IMG/VR virus record: IMGVR_UViG_3300037706_000069
Location: 1 to 38,531 of that record
Strand: one strand, 5' to 3'
DNA: 38,531 nucleotides
From: a virus
Lineage: Duplodnaviria; Caudoviricetes
Of this stretch, positions 24,611 through 33,304 are shown one piece after another. The notes below the pieces were generated by a model. The model made no database searches, was not told the origin of the DNA, and was given only the letters and a program-made list of their open reading frames with translations. Made by a program: the position numbers and the translations under genes. Within the stretch, counting starts at the first letter, position 1. Each line of letters opens with the position of its first letter.

Positions 24611-25879
24611 GTGCCCGAGCTACGCCTGTCGGAGAAGCAGGAACGTAGCATCGCCCATTCAACGGCGCGCTTGAATATCTGGACGGGCAGCATCCGGAGC
24701 GGCAAGACGATCGCCTCCCTGCTCCGCTGGCTGATCTACGTCGCGTCCGCACCACTCGGCGGGCAGCTGGTCGTCACCGGCAAGACGTACGACACGGTGT
24801 CCCGCAATGTGTTCGCGCCGCTGATGGACCCCAGCATCACCGGCCCCGCCGCCCAGCTGGTCCGCTACACCCGCGGCGCACCAACCGCCACCATCCTCGG
24901 CCGCCAGGTCGAGGTCATCACCGCCAACGACGCGAGGGCGGAGGGCCGGCTGCGCGGGATGACCTGCGCCGGTGCCTACGGCGATGAGCTGTCCCTGCTG
25001 CCCGAGCAGTTCTTCGACCAGCTACTCGGCAGGATGAGCGTCCCGGGCGCGCAGTTGTTCGGCACGTCCAACCCGGACAACCCGACCCACTGGCTCCGCA
25101 AGCGGTTCCTGCTCCGCACCCGGACGCTCGGCATCCGCCACTGGCACTTCACACTGGACGACAACCCCGGGTTGGACCCCGCCTACGTCCGGGCCATCAA
25201 ACGGGAGTACGTCGGACTCTGGTACCGCCGGTTCGTGCTCGGCCTCTGGGTGCTCGCCGAAGGTGCGGTTTTCGACATGTACGACGAAGACCGCCACGTC
25301 GTGACCGAGCTGCCCGTCATCACCCGGTGGATCGCCTGCGGCGTCGACTACGGCACCACCAACCCCTTCCACACGGTGGTCCTCGGCCTCGGCGTCGACG
25401 GCCGGCTATACCTCACCGCCGAATGGCGCCATGACTCGAAGCTGGCCCGCCGCAGCATGACCGATGTCGAATACTCCACCGCGGTCCGGGACTGGCTAAC
25501 CACCGTCCCCATCCCGACCACCACCCTCCGCGGCGTGCAGCCCGAACACACCGTGGTCGACCCGTCCGCCGCGTCGTTCCGGGTGCAGCTGTACCGGGAC
25601 GGCATCACCGCGAGATTGGGCGACAACGCGGTGCTCGACGGCATCCGCACACTCAGCTCGCTGTTCGCCCTGGACCTGCTCCGCATCCACAGCTCGCTAC
25701 GGCACCTCCGCGATGAGCTGCCCGGCTACTCCTGGGACGACAAAGTCGCCGCCAAAGGCCTCGACGAGCCGATCAAGGTGGCCGACCACGGCATCGACGC
25801 CGCCCGGTACGCCGTGCATACCACCCGCTCGGTGTGGCGCGGCCAGCTCCACCAGCCCCTCGCCGCCCTGACCGACTGA
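24611..25879 (+). CDS. terL: Terminase large subunit (PBSX/SPP1-like)
   Basis: GSIRSGKT, YGDE, TSNPD, GVDYGTTNP, VDPSAA, DHGIDAARY. Confidence 0.93.
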   Translation: MPELRLSEKQERSIAHSTARLNIWTGSIRSGKTIASLLRWLIYVASAPLGGQLVVTGKTYDTVSRNVFAPLMDPSITGPAAQLVRYTRGAPTATILGRQVEVITANDARAEGRLRGMTCAGAYGDELSLLPEQFFDQLLGRMSVPGAQLFGTSNPDNPTHWLRKRFLLRTRTLGIRHWHFTLDDNPGLDPAYVRAIKREYVGLWYRRFVLGLWVLAEGAVFDMYDEDRHVVTELPVITRWIACGVDYGTTNPFHTVVLGLGVDGRLYLTAEWRHDSKLARRSMTDVEYSTAVRDWLTTVPIPTTTLRGVQPEHTVVDPSAASFRVQLYRDGITARLGDNAVLDGIRTLSSLFALDLLRIHSSLRHLRDELPGYSWDDKVAAKGLDEPIKVADHGIDAARYAVHTTRSVWRGQLHQPLAALTD

Positions 25880-25959
25880 TCCGGACCTGGCGCGTAACAG
25901 ATCCAGCCCGCTAACCGGCCATAGTGTCCGGTCAACCTTTGCCACCGCCGGGAGGCGCC

Positions 25960-27546
25960 ATGCCGCTGCCCGCCGGAGGGAAGGTGCCCTGGCCCCCGCA
26001 GCACTGCCAGGGTTTGAACCGGCAGCTCAGCATCTGGGCCGCCTGGTATTCCGGCGACGCGGAGCAGCTGCAGGCCGTCTACGGCGGCGAGCAGGCCACC
26101 GGCGCCGCCGGCGAGTTCTTCGCGAGCGAGACCGGCGGGTTCAAACCCGGCGTCCGTCGGGTCGTCGACGCCGTGCGCCGCTGGTTCTGGGGCACCCGCA
26201 ACCCCACCGGCCAGCCCAGGCAGCGCCTGCACGTCCCCATCGCCGGCGACATCGCCGCCGCCAGCGCAGACCTCCTGTTCAGCGAGCCGCCGACGATCAC
26301 GGTCGACGACGACACCACCCAGGCCCGGCTCGGCGAGCTGGTCGACGACGGCGTCCACGCCACCCTCCTGGAGGCCGCCGAGCTGGCCGCCGCCCTCGGC
26401 GGGGTGTACCTGCGGGTCCTGTGGGACACCGGCCTGCGTACCCGGCCCTGGCCCTCCACCGTGCACCCCGACGCCGCCGTACCCGAGTGGCGGCAGGGCC
26501 AGCTCACCGCTGTCACGTTCTGGCGGGTGGTGGCGACCCGCGGCCGGATGGTGTGGCGGCACCTTGAACACCACGAACCCGGCCGGATCCTCCACGGCCT
26601 CTACCAGGGCGAGGCTGACGAGCTGGGCGTGCCGGTGCCGCTCGCCGACCAACCCGACACCGCCGCCCTGGCCGCCGCGGTCGACGCGGACCAGGCCATC
26701 CCCACCGGCCACACCGGACTCACCGCCGTCTACGTCCCCAACATGCGACCCAACCGCGTCTGGCGCGGGTCGGCCTACGCCGCGCCGCTGGGCCGGTCCG
26801 ACTACGCCGGCGTCGAGCCGCTCATGGACGCCCTTGACCAGACCTGGTCGTCCTGGATGCGCGACATCGAGCTGGGCAAATCGCGGATCATCGTGCCCCG
26901 GGCCTACATGCAGAACCAGGGCCCGGGCCGGGGTGCGACCGTGGACCTCGACCAGGAGGTGTACGAGGGCGTCAACACGATCGGCGGCGACGAAAAGGGC
27001 CTGGAGATCGAGCACGTGCAGGCCTCGATCCGCGTCGAGGAGCATTCCCGCAGCGTGGTCGAGCTGAAGACCCAGATCGTCAGCTCCGCCGGCTACTCGG
27101 CGCAGACGTTCGGGCTGACCGGTGAGGTCGCGGCGACCGCGACCGAGGTCGCCGCCCGCGAACGCCGATCGTTGATCACCCGGGACCGGAAGATCCGGTA
27201 CTGGCGGCCGGCGCTGGCCGAGCTGTTGGAGGCGCTGCTGGCGGTCGACCAGGCTGTGTTCAACAGCGGTGTCCGCCCTGCCCGCCCGGCCGTGGAGTTC
27301 GCCGACGCGGTCAGTGTCGACCCCGAGGCCGAGGCGCGGACCGTACGGGAGCTCCACACCGCCCAGGCCCTCTCCACCGAGCAGAAGGTCAGGCGCCTGC
27401 ACCCTGACTGGGATGACCCGCAGGTGGCTGCTGAGGTGGCGCGGATCCAGGCGGAGACCGGGCAGGCCGTGCAGGACCCGGACAGCTTCACGCCGCCCGG
27501 CCCCGGCCCGCCCGGCCAGCCGGGAGGCCCACCGGTCCAGGAGTAG
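25960..27546 (+). CDS. Portal protein (SPP1 gp6 / A118-like)
   Basis: Follows terL; SADLLFSEPP, LGRSDY, TATEV, E..RI..E. Confidence 0.88.
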   Translation: MPLPAGGKVPWPPQHCQGLNRQLSIWAAWYSGDAEQLQAVYGGEQATGAAGEFFASETGGFKPGVRRVVDAVRRWFWGTRNPTGQPRQRLHVPIAGDIAAASADLLFSEPPTITVDDDTTQARLGELVDDGVHATLLEAAELAAALGGVYLRVLWDTGLRTRPWPSTVHPDAAVPEWRQGQLTAVTFWRVVATRGRMVWRHLEHHEPGRILHGLYQGEADELGVPVPLADQPDTAALAAAVDADQAIPTGHTGLTAVYVPNMRPNRVWRGSAYAAPLGRSDYAGVEPLMDALDQTWSSWMRDIELGKSRIIVPRAYMQNQGPGRGATVDLDQEVYEGVNTIGGDEKGLEIEHVQASIRVEEHSRSVVELKTQIVSSAGYSAQTFGLTGEVAATATEVAARERRSLITRDRKIRYWRPALAELLEALLAVDQAVFNSGVRPARPAVEFADAVSVDPEAEARTVRELHTAQALSTEQKVRRLHPDWDDPQVAAEVARIQAETGQAVQDPDSFTPPGPGPPGQPGGPPVQE

Positions 27547-27549
27547 CCG

Positions 27550-29733
27550 GTGCCCGCCGACCGCCGCCTCGCCGAGGGCTTGGCCACCACCATGGCCGAC
27601 CTGTACGGCGGGGCCGCCGAACGGCTCGCGGTCGACGTCGCCCGCCGGCTCGACCGCGACCTGGCCGGCGCCGGTATCCCGGACCGCCCCGAACGGCGCC
27701 TGCTCGCCGCGCAGGCGCTGACCGAGCAGTCCCGCCGGCTGGTCGCCCGCCTCGACACCGCCATGGCCACCCAGGTCGAGCAGATGGTGCTGCTGGCGCA
27801 GCAACGCGGCTCGGCCGAAGCGCTACGCGAGCTGGGCCGGCTCGGGTTCGCCCTACCATCCACATCGGCCGGGATCCGCCAGGCCCTACCCGGTGCCGAG
27901 GCCGCCCAACGGCTCATCTTCTCCCTGGCCTCCACGCTGCGGGGCACGCACCTGCGGATCACCCGCTGGCCGGCCGACATCTACCGGCAGGTCATCGCCC
28001 GCGCCGACGTCGACGTGCTGCTGGGCACCGCCACCCGCCGGCAGGCCGCACAGCGCGCCTGGCAGGACCTGGTCGGCCGCGGCGTTACCGGGTTCGTCGA
28101 CCGGGCCGGACGCGGCTGGGCGCTGGAGTCCTACGTCGACATGGCGAGCAGGACGGTCGCCGCGCAGGCCGCCGTCGAAGCGCACCTTGACCGGTTGGCT
28201 GAGGCCGGCCTGGACCTGGTCATCGTCTCCGACGCACCAGGCGAATGTCCGAAATGTCGCGACTGGGAGGGGAAGGTCCTCACCCGAGACGGAGGCGGCG
28301 CCCGCACCGTCGAGGTCGAGCACGCCACCCGCGACGGTGAGATGATCCAGGTCCGGGTGGCCGGCTCCGTCGACGACGCCGTCCGCGGCGGGCTGTTCCA
28401 CCCGTCTTGCCGTCATTCCCTGTCCGCCTACCAGCCTGGTGTGACCCAGGCGCCGACGCACACCGCCGACCCGGAAGGTGACCAGGCCCGGCAGCGCCTG
28501 CGCCGGCTGGAACGTGGGGTCCGCCGGGACAAGCTGATCGGTGAGACCGCGCTGACCGACGCTGCCCGCCTGGCCGCGGCCGCCAGGGTGCGCGCGGGGC
28601 AGGGGCGGATCCGGGACCACGTCGCGCAGACGGGGTTGCTGCGGCAGCGGCACCGGGAGCAGTTGCGCCTCGGCCACACCCCACCGCCCGCCGGGCGGGC
28701 CACACCGCGTCCAACCCCACCACCCGCCCCACCACCCGCCCCGGCTCCGGCCCTACCTCCGCGGGCCACACTCGGCACGCCCAGCCTGCCCATCCCTCGG
28801 CCGGCCAGCACGCTGCGGCTGGAGCCGGTCAGCCGGCGCGAGCTGGCCAGGATCCAGGGCCGGCGGGACGTCGAGCGGCTCCAGGCCCAGCTTCGGCGGC
28901 TGCCCGCCGACGACCCTGGCCGTGCCCGCATCGAGTTTCTGCTGGGCGACGCCCGGGAGCGGGTCGCCCAGCAGAAACCCGGCGGCGGCGGCTACAACTG
29001 GGACTCCCCCTACTGGGACGACCCGGCCGCCCAGCGCATCGCCGGCGCCCCGACCGCAGCCGACCTGCGGGAGCACCTGCACGGCCGCCTCGGTAGCGGC
29101 CGCGGCGTCCCGGCCGACCTCCGCGCCGAGCTGGAAACGGAGCTGGTCCGCCAGTCCGAGCTGACCCCACGCTCCATCCTCGAGTTCGCGGGGCTAGAGG
29201 ACTTCGACGTGGCAGGTCATCCGAACGCCTACGCCTACTACCGGTCGTCCGGTCGGCAGGTGGCGGTGCATCCCCGGTGGGTCACGCACCGGGGAGACTC
29301 CGACCGGTCGGTCCGGGCCGACATCGCCGCCGGTTTCCACCCGCCGACCGGCCGGAGTCCCCTGGACAGCGTCGTAGCGCACGAGTACGGGCACCACCTC
29401 GCGTACAGGCTGCTGCGCGAGTCGCCGCTGGCCAGGCAGCGTGAGCTGGTCAGCCTGCTCGATGACACCTTCGCCGCCGACGGCTACCTGGTGCGCCAGT
29501 TCCGGGCGAACCCCGACTTCGCCCAGGTGCTCGACGACTACCTGCGCCTGTACGGGACCGGCCGGGTGGACCGGCTGGTCAGCCGGTACGGCCGCAATAG
29601 CCATCAGGAGCTGCTCGCCGAGATCTGGTCGGAGTACAGCACGATGGGCGACGCTGCCCGGCCACACATCCGGGCGATCGGGGACATGATGCGGCAGATG
29701 GCTGAAGCGTCAGAGGTTATCCTGACGGTATGA
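27550..29733 (+). CDS. Minor head protein (MuF/gp7-like) with C-terminal zincin metallopeptidase domain
   Basis: GFVDRAGR.W.L.SY, C.KC..WEGKV, GLFHPSCRH; Pro-rich linker; HEYGH (29380-29394) then SRYG...ELLAE. Confidence 0.8.
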   Translation: MPADRRLAEGLATTMADLYGGAAERLAVDVARRLDRDLAGAGIPDRPERRLLAAQALTEQSRRLVARLDTAMATQVEQMVLLAQQRGSAEALRELGRLGFALPSTSAGIRQALPGAEAAQRLIFSLASTLRGTHLRITRWPADIYRQVIARADVDVLLGTATRRQAAQRAWQDLVGRGVTGFVDRAGRGWALESYVDMASRTVAAQAAVEAHLDRLAEAGLDLVIVSDAPGECPKCRDWEGKVLTRDGGGARTVEVEHATRDGEMIQVRVAGSVDDAVRGGLFHPSCRHSLSAYQPGVTQAPTHTADPEGDQARQRLRRLERGVRRDKLIGETALTDAARLAAAARVRAGQGRIRDHVAQTGLLRQRHREQLRLGHTPPPAGRATPRPTPPPAPPPAPAPALPPRATLGTPSLPIPRPASTLRLEPVSRRELARIQGRRDVERLQAQLRRLPADDPGRARIEFLLGDARERVAQQKPGGGGYNWDSPYWDDPAAQRIAGAPTAADLREHLHGRLGSGRGVPADLRAELETELVRQSELTPRSILEFAGLEDFDVAGHPNAYAYYRSSGRQVAVHPRWVTHRGDSDRSVRADIAAGFHPPTGRSPLDSVVAHEYGHHLAYRLLRESPLARQRELVSLLDDTFAADGYLVRQFRANPDFAQVLDDYLRLYGTGRVDRLVSRYGRNSHQELLAEIWSEYSTMGDAARPHIRAIGDMMRQMAEASEVILTV

Positions 29734-29987
29734 CCACGATGTCGCCGGTGCAGTGCCTGGCCTGTGTCCGGCTGGCTGGCACTGTCGACCCCGACACCGG
29801 AGTCCGGTCGGTGGTCCGGTGCACCGCCTACCCGGCTGGCATCCCGGCGGAGATTGGCATGTACGGCGGTGACCACCGCACGGCCCGCGGTGACGAGGTG
29901 GACGGTCTGATCTTCTTGCGTGCGCCAGGTTCGGAGGCGGACGACGCCTGGGCCTGGTGGCAGCGCAAGACCGCCGCAGCAGAGTAG
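29730..29987 (+). CDS. Small Cys-containing protein coupled to the MuF gene (candidate partner or immunity protein)
   Basis: ATGA overlap; CLAC...CTAYPAGIP.EI....DH.....D..DGLIF. Confidence 0.65.
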   Translation: MTTMSPVQCLACVRLAGTVDPDTGVRSVVRCTAYPAGIPAEIGMYGGDHRTARGDEVDGLIFLRAPGSEADDAWAWWQRKTAAAE

Positions 29988-30166
29988 AGCAGCTTCCGCC
30001 CGTGCCAGGTCACACACCTGTGACGCCCGTTTGGCTGGGCCTGCGCACGGGCGGGACCAGGCAGCAGGGCTCTGGCCGCCCGGCGCGGCCGGTCCTCCAC
30101 ACCCAGGGCACCGGCCAGGCGCCGGCGCCCACCACACCATCCCGCACGCTCCCCAGGAGGGACGGC

Positions 30167-31117
30167 ATGACCCAGCCCAACCCTGCCCCGGCCCAGCCGG
30201 GGCAGCAGACCACCCCGCCGGCCGGCCAGGCGCCCGCCAGCGGCGCCCCGCCCTACCCGCAGCCGTCCCAGGGCCAGCCGGGCCAGGTGCCCGCGTCCCA
30301 GCCCCCGGGGCAGCAGCCCACCGGGCAGCCACCGGCCCAGCCGGCCAGCTGGCCGCAGCCGTACCCGGGCCAGGCGCCCGCACCATACGGCCAGCCCTAC
30401 CCGCCGCCCTACGGCCAGCCTGGCTGGCCGCAGCCGTACCCCCCGCAGCCCCAGCCGGGACAGCAGGGACAGCAGGGCTGGCCGGGCCAGGCGCCCGGGC
30501 AGCCGCCCCCGGCTGGACCGCCGCAGCAGGGGGCACCCGTCCAGCCCGGGCAGCCAGGCCAGGTGCCGCCGCCCAGCTGGACCCCGCCGCCGCCCATGCC
30601 CACCCCGCCGACCGGCCAGGAGCCGACCGGCGCCGGGCAAGGCGGCAGCGGCGACGACCAGGGAAGCGGCGACGGCGGCCGGGACCTGACCGGCCTGCCC
30701 CAGTGGGCGCAGCAGCAGATCCGGCAGCTGCGGCAGGAGAACGCCGACCGGCGGGTGGCGGCCCGCACCGCCACCGTCGGTCAGCACGCCTACCAGGTGG
30801 CAGCCGCTGCGGGGGTCAACCCGCAGGCTCTGCTCGGCTCCACCGCCTGGCAGCAGGCCGCCGCCCAGCTCGACCCGAACGCGGCCGACTACGGGCAACG
30901 CCTGCAATGGACCGTCCAGTCGCTGCTGCAGCAAAACCCTTGGATGGCCGCCCAACCAGCCCAGCCCCCGGTGCCGCCGCCGCCCGGCCAGTCCGGAGGC
31001 GACTTCTCCGGCGGCACCGGCCAAGGCGCGCCCATCACCGAAGCCCAGCTCGCCCAGATGAGCCCTGAGGAGATCGACCAGGCGTTCACCGACGGCAAGC
31101 TGAAGCACCTCCTGTAA
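30167..31117 (+). CDS. Capsid scaffolding protein with long Gln/Pro-rich N-terminus
   Basis: RBS AGGAGG; LPQWAQ..IR.LR.ENA.RR motif; directly before the major capsid gene. Confidence 0.75.
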   Translation: MTQPNPAPAQPGQQTTPPAGQAPASGAPPYPQPSQGQPGQVPASQPPGQQPTGQPPAQPASWPQPYPGQAPAPYGQPYPPPYGQPGWPQPYPPQPQPGQQGQQGWPGQAPGQPPPAGPPQQGAPVQPGQPGQVPPPSWTPPPPMPTPPTGQEPTGAGQGGSGDDQGSGDGGRDLTGLPQWAQQQIRQLRQENADRRVAARTATVGQHAYQVAAAAGVNPQALLGSTAWQQAAAQLDPNAADYGQRLQWTVQSLLQQNPWMAAQPAQPPVPPPPGQSGGDFSGGTGQGAPITEAQLAQMSPEEIDQAFTDGKLKHLL

Positions 31118-31156
31118 CCGCCGGCCAATCCCGGGCCGGGAAAGGACACACGCACC

Positions 31157-32032
31157 ATGGCAATTTTGAGGTTCCGGCCCGAAATCTGGTCGGCCCGTCT
31201 CCTCGTGGCCCTGCGCACCGCGCTGGTCTACGGTGGGCCGCTCGTGGTCAACCGCGACTGGGAAGGTGACATCGCCCAGGCCGGCGACACCGTCCGTATC
31301 ACCACCCTCTCCGACCCGACCGTCGACGACTACGTGCCCAACAGCACGGTCATCACCCCGGAGGAGCTGACCGACGCACAGCGCACCCTCGTGGTCGACG
31401 AATCCAAGTACTTCGCTTTCAAGGTGGATGATGTGGATGCCCGGCAGGCCGCCGGGAACGTCATGAGCGAGGGTATGAGTCGCGCGGCGTACAAGTTCCG
31501 CGACGAGGTCGACCGGTTCATCGCCGCCCTCTACACCTCCGCGCAGGCCGCCAACGTGGTGACCGAGGTGCAGATCGACACCAGCGCCCCTACCAGCTGG
31601 GCTGCTGAGGCCGCCAAAGCCTATGACGAGGTCCTGGTGCCCCTGGGTGTGAAGCTCGACGAGGCCGACGTGCCCACCGAGGCCAGGTACGTCGTCGTCC
31701 CGCCGTCCTTCCACGGCGTGCTGCGCCGGGACGCCCGGTTCGTCAACGCCGAGAAGTCCGGCGACGGCGGCCAGGCGCTCCGCAACGGGGTGGTCGGCAT
31801 GGCCGCCGGCTTCACCATCCTGAAGAGCAACAACGTTCCGACGCCGGAAGCCGGGCACCGGGTGATCCAGGCCGGCACCAACGCGGGCATCACCCTGGCC
31901 GAGCAGATCAACAGGACCGAGGCCTACCGGCCGGAGTCGAGCTTCGCGGACGCGGTCAAGGGGCTGCTGCTGTTCGGTTCCAAGATGATCCGCCCCGAGA
32001 TGGTGGCCACCTGCGTGGTTGACCTGTCCTGA
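31157..32032 (+). CDS. Major capsid protein (291 aa)
   Basis: F.PEIWSA.LL...NRDWEG.I...GDTVRI; F.DAVKGL..FG.K..RP. Confidence 0.88.
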   Translation: MAILRFRPEIWSARLLVALRTALVYGGPLVVNRDWEGDIAQAGDTVRITTLSDPTVDDYVPNSTVITPEELTDAQRTLVVDESKYFAFKVDDVDARQAAGNVMSEGMSRAAYKFRDEVDRFIAALYTSAQAANVVTEVQIDTSAPTSWAAEAAKAYDEVLVPLGVKLDEADVPTEARYVVVPPSFHGVLRRDARFVNAEKSGDGGQALRNGVVGMAAGFTILKSNNVPTPEAGHRVIQAGTNAGITLAEQINRTEAYRPESSFADAVKGLLLFGSKMIRPEMVATCVVDLS

Positions 32033-32077
32033 GCCAGGGCCTGCCGCCCCACTAGTCGCATTGGAGGGTAAGCCCCA

Positions 32078-32446
32078 GTGGCTACCACCGCAATCCCGTA
32101 CAGTGACCTGGTTCCCAACGGGGACCTCACCCAACCGGTCGGTACCACCCTCGTGGTCGCGCCGACCGACAACATGCAGATCTCCGACGCCGTCCCGGAG
32201 CTGACCGTCCTTCGGGTGGTCAACACCGGCGCTGAGCAGGACATCACCGTGAAGGCGGGGCCCAATCCGCCTGCGCTGGCCGGCGGGCAGGGTGACCTGG
32301 TCGTCGTCGTCGCCGCCACCACCGGCGTGGAGTACATCGGCCCGTTCGAGTCCGGCCGGTTCCTGCAGGCCGACGGGTCGATGCTCATCGAGGCGGAGAC
32401 CGACGACGGCACGATCACCGCCTTTCGTATCCCCCGGAACACCTGA
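32078..32446 (+). CDS. Virion protein (possible capsid decoration)
   Basis: Beta-rich 122 aa after the capsid gene; RBS GGAGG. Confidence 0.6.
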   Translation: MATTAIPYSDLVPNGDLTQPVGTTLVVAPTDNMQISDAVPELTVLRVVNTGAEQDITVKAGPNPPALAGGQGDLVVVVAATTGVEYIGPFESGRFLQADGSMLIEAETDDGTITAFRIPRNT

Positions 32447-32784
32447 TGGCCACCGCGCCTGAGGTGGCCCACTACAAGGGGCCGGGTGGGGTCGTCTGGA
32501 CGATGGCGCTGCCGCTGGACAAGATCCTGGCCAAGCAGGAACGCAAGGGGATTCTGCGGCGGGTCAACCCGGACGGCACCCCGTACGCCGAACCGGCCCC
32601 GCCGCCGCCGGCTGGCGGCGGGCAGCCCCCGGCGCTGGACCCGCCGGCCCAGTCCGCGGTCAAGGCCGAGTGGGTCGGCTACGCGGTCAGGGCCGGCGGT
32701 CTGACCGTGGACGACGCGGAGGCGCTCACTAAACAGGACCTCATCGACCGGTTCGGCCGGCCGCCCACCCCACCGCCCGGGTAG
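32446..32784 (+). CDS. Hypothetical head-region protein (112 aa)
   Basis: P..SA.KAEWV.YAV...AEALTK.DLI motif. Confidence 0.65.
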   Translation: MATAPEVAHYKGPGGVVWTMALPLDKILAKQERKGILRRVNPDGTPYAEPAPPPPAGGGQPPALDPPAQSAVKAEWVGYAVRAGGLTVDDAEALTKQDLIDRFGRPPTPPPG

Positions 32785-32887
32785 CCGCACGCTCACCACC
32801 ACCGCGCCGGCCACGATCGCCACCCCGACGGAGCAGCTGTTCGTTCCGTACGTCGTGCTCACCTGAGAGCCCGGGGAGTAGAGCAGT

Positions 32888-32923
32888 CCCGGGGTCCGGT
32901 AGCCCCCAACGCCGGACCCCGGG
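32888..32923 (+). terminator. 12-bp hairpin before an RBS
   Basis: CCCGGGGTCCGG/CCGGACCCCGGG. Confidence 0.55.
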
Positions 32924-32947
32924 CCCCCCACCACCAGGAGGTTGCCT

Positions 32948-33304
32948 ATGGCCACCAACTCCACCGCAGCGCTGAACCTCGGCTACAGCGGGGTGGCCGG
33001 AACCGTCACCCACCTGAGCATGCACACCGCCGACCCCGGCGCGACCGGCGCCGACGAAGTCACCGGCGGCAGCTACGCGCGGGTGGCGAAGACGTACGGT
33101 GCGCCGACGGCCGGCGCCGGGGACATCGCCTCCGCGGCGACGTTCAACATCCCCAGCGGCAACACAGTCTCGCACTGGGGTGCCTGGGACAACGCCGGCC
33201 CGACGTTCCTGTTCGGCGCCGCGCTGGCGGCCAGCCAGGCGTTCGCCTCGGATGGGACGTACCAGCTGAACAGCGCCCCGTACTCGGCGGCCAACCCGGC
33301 CTGA
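32948..33304 (+). CDS. Virion structural protein (118 aa)
   Basis: LSMHTADPG.TGA.EV.GGSYAR motif; RBS AGGAGG. Confidence 0.7.
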   Translation: MATNSTAALNLGYSGVAGTVTHLSMHTADPGATGADEVTGGSYARVAKTYGAPTAGAGDIASAATFNIPSGNTVSHWGAWDNAGPTFLFGAALAASQAFASDGTYQLNSAPYSAANPA

